Below, in pieces: positions 1 to 9,151 of a DNA stretch of 64,000 nucleotides (the stretch's first letter is position 1; every line of letters begins with the position of its first letter). The position numbers were made by a program, and so were the translations under genes. A model generated the notes under the pieces. It worked only from the letters and a program-made list of their open reading frames with translations. It was not told where the DNA came from and searched no databases. The stretch lies in the NCBI GenBank assembly GCA_028826165.1, contig JAPDFW010000090.1:1-64000 (forward strand). The letters run 5' to 3'. The DNA is from Anaeramoeba ignava BMAN. Lineage: Eukaryota; Protista; Anaeramoebae.

Positions 1-2330
1 AATAATATTATTATTTCAATTTAAAACAAAATTAATTTTAAATTAAATTATTAATTATTATTAAAATTAATTATTTATCTTTTAAAAATAGTTTGTAAAT
101 AATTTATATTTAATAAAATATTTATTATTATAATTAAAATTAAATTAATAAATAAAAAATATCAAATATATTAAAATTATTATTATTTCAATTTAAAATA
201 AAATCATTTTAAATTAAAATTATTATTAATTATTATTAAAAAATTGTAAATTATTTTTATATTTATTAAAATAGCTGGAAAATTAATTTATATTTAATAA
301 ATATTTATTATTATAATTAATATTAAATTAAAATTATTATTAATTATTATTAAAATTAATTATTTATCTTTATTAAAATAGCTAAAATTTATATTTAATA
401 AATATTTATTATTATAATTAAATTAATAAATTCAAAAAATATAATAAATAATTCAAAATAATAATATAATAAATAAATTATTATTTTTAATTTAAAAATA
501 AAATTTAATTTTAAATAGTTTTAAAATTATTATTTATTATTAATATTAATTATTTATCTAAATTAAAAATAGAGAGTAAATAATTTATATTTAATAAATA
601 TTTATTATTTATAATTAAAATTATTTAATAAAAATAGTTTTCAAAATATCAATATAATAAATAATATTATTATTTCAATTTAAAATAAAATTAATTTTAA
701 ATAAATTATTATTAATTATTATTGTATACTAATTATTTATATTTATTAAAATATCTTATTAAAATAATTTATATTTAATAAATATTTATTATTATAATTA
801 AAAATTAAATTAATAAAATAATTCAAAAATATTAATATAATAAATATTATTATTACTTTCAATTTAAAATAAAATTAATTTTAAATTAAATTATTATTAA
901 TTATTATTAATATTATTTATCTTTATTAAAATAGATAGTAAATAATTTTTATTTAATAAATATTTATTATTATAATTAAAATTAAATTAATAAATAATTC
1001 AAAATATCAATATATTAAATAATACTATTATTTCAATTTAAAATAAAATTAATTTTAAATTAAATTATTATTAATTATTAAAAATTAATTATTTTTATCT
1101 TTATTAAAATAGGTTGTAAATAATTTATATTTAATAAATATTTATTATTATAATTAAAATTAAATTAATAAATAATTCAAAATATTAATATAATAAATGA
1201 TATTATTATTTAAATTTAAAATAAAAATTAATTTTAAATTAAATTATTATTAATAATTATTATTAATATTAATTATTTATCTTTTATTAAAAATAGATAG
1301 TAAATAATTTTATATTTAATAAAAATATTTATTATTATAATTAAAATTAAATTAATAAATAATTCAAAATATTAATATAATAAATAATATTATTATTATT
1401 TTAATTTTAAAATAAAATCAATTTTTAAATTAAATTATTATTATTATTAAAATTAATTATTTATCTTTATTAAAATAGGTTGTAAATAATTTATATTTAA
1501 TAAATATTTATTATTATAATTAAAAATTAAATTAATAAATAATTCAAAATATTAATATAATAAATGATATTATTATTTAAATTTAAAATAAAATTAATTT
1601 TAAAAATTAAATTATTATTAATTATTATTAAAATTAATTATTTATCTTTATTAAAATAGATGGTAAATAATTTATATTTAATAAATATTTATTATTATAA
1701 TTAAAATTAAATTAATAAATAATTCAAAATATTAATATAATAAATATTATTATTATTTCAATTTAAAATAAAATAAATTTTTAAATTAAATTATTATTAA
1801 TTATTAAAATTAATTATTTATCTTTTATTAAAATAGGTTCAAATAATTTATATTTAATAAATATTTTTATTATTATAATTAAAATTAAATTAATAAATAA
1901 TTCAAAAATATTAATATAATAAATGATATTATTATTTAAATTTAAAAATAAAATTAATTTTAAATTAAATTATTATTAATTATTATTAAAAATTAATTAT
2001 TTATATTTATTAAAATAGCTTGTAAATAATTTTAAATTTAAATAAAATTATTTAAATTAATAAATAATTCAAAATATTAATATAATAAATGATATTATTA
2101 TTTAAATTTAAAATAAAATTAATATTAAAATTAAATTATTATTAATTATTATTAAAAAATTAATTATTTATATTTATTAAAATAGCTGGTAAATAATTTA
2201 TATCTAATAAATAATCCAAAAATATTAATATAATAAATAATATTATTATTTAAATTTAAAATAAAATAAATTTAAAATTAAATTATTATTAATTATTATT
2301 AAAATTAATTATTTATCTTTATTAAAATAT
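1..2330. repeat. AT-rich tandem repeat (~180-bp unit), probably filling an intron of the TLDc gene
   Basis: The motif TTTATCTTTATTAAAATAG recurs about every 180 bp (e.g. ~930, 1110, 1292, 1472, 1653, 1831, 2013). The array runs directly into an acceptor (TTTATAG, AG at 2335-2336). Confidence 0.85.
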
Positions 2331-2336
2331 TTATAG

Positions 2337-2500
2337 GTGATATTGAGTTAGATTCTAAATTACAATCTGGTAAATCAAATTTTGGTAAAAGTTATAATCT
2401 ACCCAATGGAATTACTTATGGAACAGATGAAGCTAAAAGTTATTTAGCTGGTTCTTTTGATAAATGGGTTGTTGATGAACTTGAGACTTATTTCATTTAA
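2337..2500 (+). CDS. Terminal exon of a TLDc-domain protein (5' part lies upstream of the window)
   Basis: After AG at 2335-2336 the frame reads (G)DIELDSKLQSGKSNFGKSYNLPNGITYGTDEAKSYLAGSFDKWVVDELETYFI*, resembling the TLDc C-terminus (GxSY..P......YLAGS..f.V.E.E.f). Not in the ORF track. Confidence 0.75.
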
Positions 2501-2896
2501 AAACTTTTTTTCATTTTTTTCAAAATTTAATTCAATTTTCATTTACTTTCAATCAAATTAAATTCTTTTAAATCAATAAATAAGAAACAAACTAATTTTA
2601 AACAATTTAATTTTAATTTAAAAAATATTAAAAAGAAGATTAAATTGAAAAAGAAAAATCAAAAATATATAAAAATTGAAAATAGAAATTAATAATAATT
2701 AATTGTAAAATATTTTATAAAATATAAAAATAAGAAACAAATCCATTATAATTCATTATTAAAAATTATTTAATAAATAAATAAATTGAAAATATTTTTA
2801 AATAATAAAATATTTAAATCTAAAACAATAAATTATTATTTTAATAATAGAATTAAAATAAATTATATTTTTAAAAGAATTTATAAATTAAATATT

Positions 2897-2912
2897 AGAG
2901 TTGTTCATAAAA
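2897..2912 (+). repeat. Left terminal inverted repeat of the transposon
   Basis: AGAGTTGTTCATAAAA; a second copy of the core CTTGTTCATA follows at 2917-2926. Confidence 0.9.
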
Positions 2913-2990
2913 ATCACTTGTTCATAAGATTTTTTTTAATGATTTTTTTCTTTTAGATTTTGTTTTTTTTTGGCCGATTCAATCCAGTTT

Positions 2991-3093
2991 GTTCACAGAA
3001 CGGTTTTTTGTTCACAGAACAGTTTTTTGTTCACAGAACGATATTTGTTCACTGAACAAACTAGGTTCACTGAACAAACTAGGTTCACTGAAC
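2991..3093. repeat. Subterminal array of six palindromic GTTC-ACW-GAAC motifs (18-19 bp period)
   Basis: GTTCACAGAAC at 2991, 3010, 3029; GTTCACTGAAC at 3047, 3065, 3083. Shares the GTTCA core with the TIR. Confidence 0.9.
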
Positions 3094-3233
3094 AAACTGG
3101 AAGGATTCAACAAGAAAAAATAAAGAAAAAAAAATAAGAAAGTTTGTTGGTTTAGAAAAAAGAGACTTTGAAAAAAGAAAAGAAAAGAAAAAAAAAGAAA
3201 AAAAAATTGAAAAAGAATTCCAAAAAGAAATGA

Positions 3234-6200
3234 TTAAATTTTTTGATCTTTTAATTGATTAATCAAATTTTGGATGTTATCTTGAGAAAGCATTCTCATA
3301 TCCACTTTCGATGTTTTTTCATCTTCTGTTTTTTTTAGAACAGAATTATTTTCCACCTTTTTCAAATTTGGAGAGGAATATTCTGATTTGTTTTGATTTG
3401 AATTCTTCATCTTTTCATAAAGTAATATCGATGCATTGTTTGTGAGATATTTTATTGGATTGCGGACAAAAAAAACTTTGGAATCATCGAATACATACCA
3501 CTTACCATTTTCCTTATTCCTCCATAACGCAATGTAATGCCCCTCCTTCAATGAAATCCCCAAATGAAGAATCGCACCTCTTAAAGAATATTCTTTGTTA
3601 TCTTTATTGATTGATTTATTGGTTTCATTTAATAAATCTTTTTCTTTTAAATTATTAGATTGATTTGTTTCAATAGATTCAATTCTTTCATCAATTTGAT
3701 TTGTTTCAATAGATTCAATTCTTTCATCAATTTGATTTGTTTCAATAGATTCAATTCTTTCATCAATTTGATTTGTTTCAATAGATTCAATACTTTCATC
3801 AATTTGATTTGTTTCAATAGATTCAATTCTTTCATCAATTTGATTTGATTGAGAAGATTTTGATGAGAAAACTAATGAAGATGAATAAAGTGATTGATTG
3901 TTTTCATTTAATAAATCTTTTTCTTTTAAATTATTAGATTGATTTGTTTCAATAGATTCAATTCTTTCATCAACTTCATTCAATGGAGAGGATTGATTTG
4001 AAAGAATGCAAGGAGGTGTTGAAATATCTTGAATATTATGAGGAATCCAATTTTCTTCTCCATATTTCTGTAAATCAATTTTGTCGGGAATCACCACAGG
4101 CCAATTTTTCTTTCCAGTGCTTCCATCTTTTTTCCACCAAAATCTTTCTAAATGAATCCAAAAAAAATGAGGAAAATCTGAAATGAAGAATTGTTGAGAT
4201 TGGGATTTTGGGGTAATCTCTTCTTTTTTTGGAATATCTTTCGGTGATGTAACTTCATGAGTTTTCGATTGGTGCTTTCTTCCTTTTCTTCTTCTTTTTG
4301 TTTTTTGTGATAGTTTTTCCGTCTTCTCAGGAGTTAAAGAAATTTCTTTTTTGGTTGAGGATGTGCTTTTTTCGTTAGAGTTCTTTTTTTTTTGTTTTTT
4401 ACATTCTTCACAAATCATCAAATTGTCTTTGTCAGGATGAATCAAAGAGAAATAAGAATCAATTAAATCAAGAAGATGAATTGGAGTATTTGCAACTGGA
4501 GGATGTAAGAAGATATTCAAGCTGTAAAATTCTGTTTCAGTTTCAGACCAATGACCACATGCTCCATAAAAAATCTTCTTCTTTTCCAATCCACAATGTG
4601 CTCTAATCAAACTCAGATTTTCTCTTATCGGAATTTGAATTTTTTTGTTAAGTGTATTATTGTAAAGTAATAACGAGTCAATCCGGAGATTATCTAACAA
4701 AAAATCCAGAAAATCATGAGCATCTTTTTGAGAGGGATTTGGACCATACATTTTTTTAAGTCCCTTCAAATCGTTTTGTAAGGATACGAGATATGAATAT
4801 GGAACAGTCTCTTTTTCGGTTTTCATCTGTTGGGAGATGGACAAAATTTTTTCAACTAAAGATCCTTGAGGATTGAAAAATTCTCCATTTGTTCTCAGGA
4901 AGAGTTGAAGAACAGAAATCATGAAACAAGAGTTGCAAGGATTTTCTATTCCCTTTAAAGATAGATTACTTTTTTGAGAAGGACCATCACTTTTCAAATC
5001 AGAGAAAAAATTGAGTGCAGGTTTTTTGGGAGAATTACTTTGAGAGAGAGGATTAGAAGGAGGTTCCACAATCATTTTTCGTTTCTTTGATTGTTTTGGA
5101 GAGTTTTCCTTTGATGATCTATCTGATTTTGGAGAGTCTTGAATGAGTTCAAACTGATCATCTTCGTCCATTTGAAAGAAGTTGGGTTTGTTGCATTTAG
5201 ATTTTTTTTTTTCGGGGGTTGTAGTTCTTAAAGGAGTTAGTTGAATTTTTAGATTTGTGAGTGCGGAACAAATTACAAATAATAATCGGAAATCGGTCAT
5301 ATTTCCTCTGAATTTAAACATCATGATGTTGAATTTTTTAAGGCGTCCATAGTAGTTTTCCACAAGAACTCTATCTGAAGAGAGTTTGATATTATTGTGG
5401 ATTTTTTCTTGAGTAAGGCCGGCTGAAGTTTTTTTAGATGGTAATACAGCCTTACATTGTTTTTGAATGCCTTGAAATCCAGAGTCAGCAAGAATCTGAT
5501 ATCTTTTTTTCTTTTTTTTCCCATTTTTATCACGAACTATCTCCTCACATTTATCAGACCAATCCGTAATATCCCATACAATCTTGTCATGGTTTTTTCC
5601 CGTTACTCCTGGCACACAATCCATCATGAGACCATTTGGGGAGTGGATTGTTAAACTTTTGAAGCAATACTTCTTGTGCTTTCCTGAGTATGTCAGTGTC
5701 CTTTTCGTTTTATTTTTTGGTCGTTGTATTTCTTGAACAGTGGCATCCACTACAGCCATCGCTTTTGGATAATTTGGAAAACCGATATTATTCTTTTCTT
5801 GCTCTTTCTTTGATATCCAATGTATTTGATTTTTGAGCTCATTATGAATCGGAACTAAAAATTTTTTGAATAAGCTATTCATACTTGCTCGAGGAATTCC
5901 AAAAAAAACTTCCATTGAAGAAAACGGGCAATAGGAATAAAAGTAAGTAAGGAAAGCTAACCAAATATCTTCGGGAGATAAAATTCTTTTTGGTGCTCGT
6001 TGATTAAAAGGAGAAATGATATCCTTCACATATTGAAAGCAATCCAAAAAACCTTCAAAAGTATATCCAGTCAGTACTTTCAATAACAGAGGATAAGTTG
6101 AGGCTAATTTCCAATTGATTCGAATTCCATAAGGATTTTGAGGATCAATAATTACTTTATCCTCTTCTAAAATATCATCGTGCCCAAATTCATAGACTCT

Positions 6201-6278
6201 AGATCTTATAATCTTGCGATTCGTTTTAAAATGCTGAATCATTTCAAAAATTTTTTTGTCAATTTGAAATGGTTTCAT
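3234..6278 (-). CDS. DDE_Tnp_4 (Harbinger/ISL2EU-like) transposase fused to a C-terminal ubiquitin-specific protease (peptidase C19) domain
   Basis: Transposase part: HTH-like LSPEDIWLAFLTYF..FSSMEVFFGIPRASMNSLF; VVDAT (D178), YSGKHK, GKNHD, LADSGFQG (D265), RVLVENYYGRLK (E307). USP part: Cys box GIENPCNSCFMISVLQLF (C451), QKDAHDFLDFLLD, CEEC, His box YSLRGAILHLG...GHYIA (H914)...WYVFDDSKV (D931), ASILLYEK. Intronless and uninterrupted. Confidence 0.92.
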   Translation of the reverse strand: MKPFQIDKKIFEMIQHFKTNRKIIRSRVYEFGHDDILEEDKVIIDPQNPYGIRINWKLASTYPLLLKVLTGYTFEGFLDCFQYVKDIISPFNQRAPKRILSPEDIWLAFLTYFYSYCPFSSMEVFFGIPRASMNSLFKKFLVPIHNELKNQIHWISKKEQEKNNIGFPNYPKAMAVVDATVQEIQRPKNKTKRTLTYSGKHKKYCFKSLTIHSPNGLMMDCVPGVTGKNHDKIVWDITDWSDKCEEIVRDKNGKKKKKRYQILADSGFQGIQKQCKAVLPSKKTSAGLTQEKIHNNIKLSSDRVLVENYYGRLKKFNIMMFKFRGNMTDFRLLFVICSALTNLKIQLTPLRTTTPEKKKSKCNKPNFFQMDEDDQFELIQDSPKSDRSSKENSPKQSKKRKMIVEPPSNPLSQSNSPKKPALNFFSDLKSDGPSQKSNLSLKGIENPCNSCFMISVLQLFLRTNGEFFNPQGSLVEKILSISQQMKTEKETVPYSYLVSLQNDLKGLKKMYGPNPSQKDAHDFLDFLLDNLRIDSLLLYNNTLNKKIQIPIRENLSLIRAHCGLEKKKIFYGACGHWSETETEFYSLNIFLHPPVANTPIHLLDLIDSYFSLIHPDKDNLMICEECKKQKKKNSNEKSTSSTKKEISLTPEKTEKLSQKTKRRRKGRKHQSKTHEVTSPKDIPKKEEITPKSQSQQFFISDFPHFFWIHLERFWWKKDGSTGKKNWPVVIPDKIDLQKYGEENWIPHNIQDISTPPCILSNQSSPLNEVDERIESIETNQSNNLKEKDLLNENNQSLYSSSLVFSSKSSQSNQIDERIESIETNQIDESIESIETNQIDERIESIETNQIDERIESIETNQIDERIESIETNQSNNLKEKDLLNETNKSINKDNKEYSLRGAILHLGISLKEGHYIALWRNKENGKWYVFDDSKVFFVRNPIKYLTNNASILLYEKMKNSNQNKSEYSSPNLKKVENNSVLKKTEDEKTSKVDMRMLSQDNIQNLINQLKDQKI
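3662..3843 (-). repeat. Coding 36-bp tandem repeat (QIDERIESIETN x5) inside the USP domain
   Basis: Five near-identical 36-nt units, plus a duplicated ERIESIETNQSNNLKEKDLLNE block at ~3625-3690 and ~3904-3970. Confidence 0.9.
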
Positions 6279-6567
6279 GCAAAAAATAAGAAAAAAAACA
6301 AATTAAGAAAAAAAATTAAGAAAAAAAATAAAGAATTAGGGAATAAAATTTTTATTTTTTTTTTCAAATAAAATAGATTGGAAAAAAGAGATAGATGATT
6401 GAAAAAAAGAGATAGAAGAATTAGAAATAGAGATAGAAGAATTAAAAATAGAGATGAAAATTCTCAAAAAAAAAAGCTATGAACAGGATTCGTTCTCTGA
6501 AAGGAATTGAACTAGCGAATTTTGAATTGTCTGTAATTCAAAATTACAATGGAAAAAAAAAAAAAAA

Positions 6568-6583
6568 TTTTATGAACAAGTCT
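6568..6583 (-). repeat. Right terminal inverted repeat of the transposon
   Basis: TTTTATGAACAAGTCT. An internal TATGAACAG copy lies at 6478 and an 11-bp perfect hairpin AATTTTGAATT-N6-AATTCAAAATT at 6518-6545. Confidence 0.9.
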
Positions 6584-8170
6584 ATTAAATTAAATCTATT
6601 CTCATTTTTTATATTTATATGTTTAATATTTAAATAATAAAATAATTAAATCTAAAACATTAAATTATTATTTTAAACATAAAATTGAATATTAAATTAT
6701 ATTTAGAAATAATTTATAAATTAAATATTAAATTAAATCTATTCTCATTTTTTATATTTATATGTTTAATATTTAAATAATAAAATAATTAAATCTAAAA
6801 CAATAAATTATTATTTTAAACATAAAATTGAATATTAAATTATATTTTTAAATTAATTTATAAATTAAATATTAAATTAAATCTATTCTCATTTTTTATA
6901 TTTATATGTTAAATATTTAAATAATAAAATATTTAAATCTAAAACATTAAATTATTATTTTAAACATAAAATTGAATATTAAATTATATTTTTAAATAAT
7001 TTATAAATTAAATATTAAATTAAATCTATTTTCATTTTTATATTTATATGTTAAATATTTAAATAATAAAATATTTAAATCTAAAACAATAAATTATTAT
7101 TTCAAACATAAAATTGAATATTAAATTATATTTTTAAATTGATTTTTAAATTAAATATTAGATTAAATCTATTCTCATTTTTATATTTATATGTTAAATA
7201 TTTAAATAATAAAATAATTAAATATAAAACAATAAATTATTATTTTAATAATAAAATTAAGTATTAAATTATATTTTTAAATTGATTTATAAACTGAATA
7301 TTAAATTAAATCTATTCTTATTTTTTATATTTATATGTAAAATATTTAAATAATAAAATATTTAAATCTAAAACATTAAATTATTATTTTAATAATAAAA
7401 TTAAATATTAAATTATATTTAGAAATAATTTATAAATTAAATATTAAATTAAATCTATTCTCATTTTTATATTTATATGTTAAATATTTAAATAATAAAA
7501 TATTTAAATCTAAAACAATAAATTATTATTTTAATAATAGAATTAAATATTAAATTATATTTTTAAATTAATTTATAAATTAAATATTAAATTAAATCTA
7601 TTTCCATTTTTATATTTATATGTTAAATATTTAAATAATAAAAAATATTTAAATCTAAAACAATAAATTATTATTTTAATAATAAAATTAAATATTAAAT
7701 TATATTTTTAAATTGATTTATAAATTGAATATTAAATTAAATTTATTCTCATTTTTATATTTTTATGTTAAATATTTAAATAATAAAATATTTAAATCTA
7801 AAACAATAAATTATTATTTTAATAATAAAATTAAATATTAAATTATATTTTTAAATTGATTTATAAATTGAATATTAAATTAAATTTATTCTCATTTTTA
7901 TATTTTTATGTTAAATATTTAAATAATAAAATATTTAAATCTAAAACAATAAATTATTATTTTAATAATAAAATTAAATATTAAATTATATTTTTAAATT
8001 AATTTATAAATTAAATATTAGATTAAATCTATTCTCATTTTTTATATTTATATGTTAAATATTTAAATAATAAAATAATTAAATATAAAACAATAAATTA
8101 TTATTTTAAACATAAAATTAAATATTAAATTATATTTAGAAATAATTTATAAATTAAATATTAAATTAAA
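6584..8170. repeat. ~143-bp tandem satellite (~11 units); its first unit begins at ~2790, left of the transposon
   Basis: TAAATCTATT(C/T)TCATTTT recurs at 6591, 6734, 6878, 7021 and onward. 2790-2896 matches the same unit (TATTTAAATCTAAAACAATAAATTATT). Confidence 0.9.
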
Positions 8171-8297
8171 CTTATTAAAAAAAAGGAGAAAAAGGGAAAA
8201 AATTTTTTTTCGTCTTTTCTTTTAATTAAAAAAAAAAAATAAAAAAAATAATTTTTCATTTTCTTTTCCAATCAAAACAAAACAAAAAAACAAAAAA

Positions 8298-8717
8298 ATG
8301 AGTGAACAAAAATTAGCAGATATAAGAAAATTATTAGAATTAATGAACTCAGCCGAATTAGGAAAAAGTGTATTTGTGTCAGTGATACAAAATTTCCGAC
8401 AAATGTATGATGATGTCCCATCAGAATTTTGGGACGAAGTTGAAAAAGAAGTGAATTATGATCGGTTGATTGAATTGATTATTCCAGTTTATGATAAAAA
8501 CCTGTCACATGAAGTAATTAAATCTGCAATTGAATTTTATGAAACAAAAAACGGTCAAGAACTTGTCAAAGCTTTGCCTCAAATTTCTCAAGAATCAATG
8601 GCTGTCGGAAACACTTGGGGAATGGAACTTGGTCAACTCGTCGTAGAGAAGTTGTCCTTGTATCAAGGTGATGATGATGGTGATGATGATGGTGATGATG
8701 ATGAAGATGACGATTAA
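8298..8717 (+). CDS. DUF2059-family protein (bacterial-type) with acidic tail
   Basis: IRKLLELM...FWDEVEKEVNYDRLIELIIPVYDKNLSHEVIKSAIEFYETKNGQELVKALPQISQESMAVGNTWG matches the DUF2059 pattern (Y...fs..El..l..FY.Tp.Gqk.....P.i.qe.m..gq.W). Intronless. Confidence 0.85.
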   Translation: MSEQKLADIRKLLELMNSAELGKSVFVSVIQNFRQMYDDVPSEFWDEVEKEVNYDRLIELIIPVYDKNLSHEVIKSAIEFYETKNGQELVKALPQISQESMAVGNTWGMELGQLVVEKLSLYQGDDDGDDDGDDDEDDD

Positions 8718-8861
8718 ATTCTTTTTTTCTTTTTTTCTTTTTTTTTTTCTTCTTCTTCTTCTTTTTCTTGATTGAAATTTTATTTTCAATCTCTTTAAAA
8801 TTCAAATCTTTAAATTAAACCAGCTTAATTGGAAACAAAATCATTTTCAAATTCATTTATA

Positions 8862-9115
8862 AAATCAAAATTTAAAATTAAAATTAAAATTAAAATTAAA
8901 ATTTAAAATTAAAATTAAAATTAAAATTAAAATTAAAATTAAAATTAAAATCAAAATTAAAAATCAAAATTAAAATCAAAATTAAAATTAAAATTAAAAT
9001 TAAAATTAAAATCAAAATTAAAATTAAAATTAAAATTTAAAATTAAAATTAAAATTAAAATTAAAATTAAAATTAAAATCAAAATTAAAATTAAAATTAA
9101 AATTAAAATTAAAAT
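8862..9115. repeat. (AAATTA)n microsatellite
   Basis: Hexamer run, directly visible. Confidence 0.9.
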
Positions 9116-9151
9116 TCCAAAATCATTTTTTCATTTTTTTTCTTTTCAAAA

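Larger units (their letters stand above)
2897..6583 (-). mobile_element. Full-length PIF/Harbinger-ISL2EU (PHIS)-type DNA transposon, 3,687 bp, encoding a transposase-deubiquitinase fusion
   Basis: Left TIR AGAGTTGTTCATAAAA (2897-2912); right TIR TTTTATGAACAAGTCT (6568-6583, reverse complement AGACTTGTTCATAAAA; 15/16). ATT flanks both ends (2894-2896, 6584-6586). Removing the element and one ATT restores the satellite unit TTATAAATTAAATATTAAATTAAATCTATT. Contains a DDE transposase ORF. Confidence 0.92.

Noticed and set aside
2991-3093. CRISPR-like or heat-shock-element interpretation of the palindrome array
   Set aside because: Spacers are only 7-8 bp and partly identical, there are no cas genes and the context is eukaryotic. 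TTC-N3-GAA spacing does not fit the HSE pattern (TTC-N2-GAA).
3234-6278. Domesticated HARBI1-like host gene or an accidental fusion of two neighbouring genes
   Set aside because: The ORF is bounded by TIRs and a TSD, is intronless and continuous, and both domains lie inside the element.
8862-9115. (TTAAAA)n as a telomeric repeat
   Set aside because: Interstitial, G-free and present at several intergenic sites; behaves as an ordinary microsatellite.
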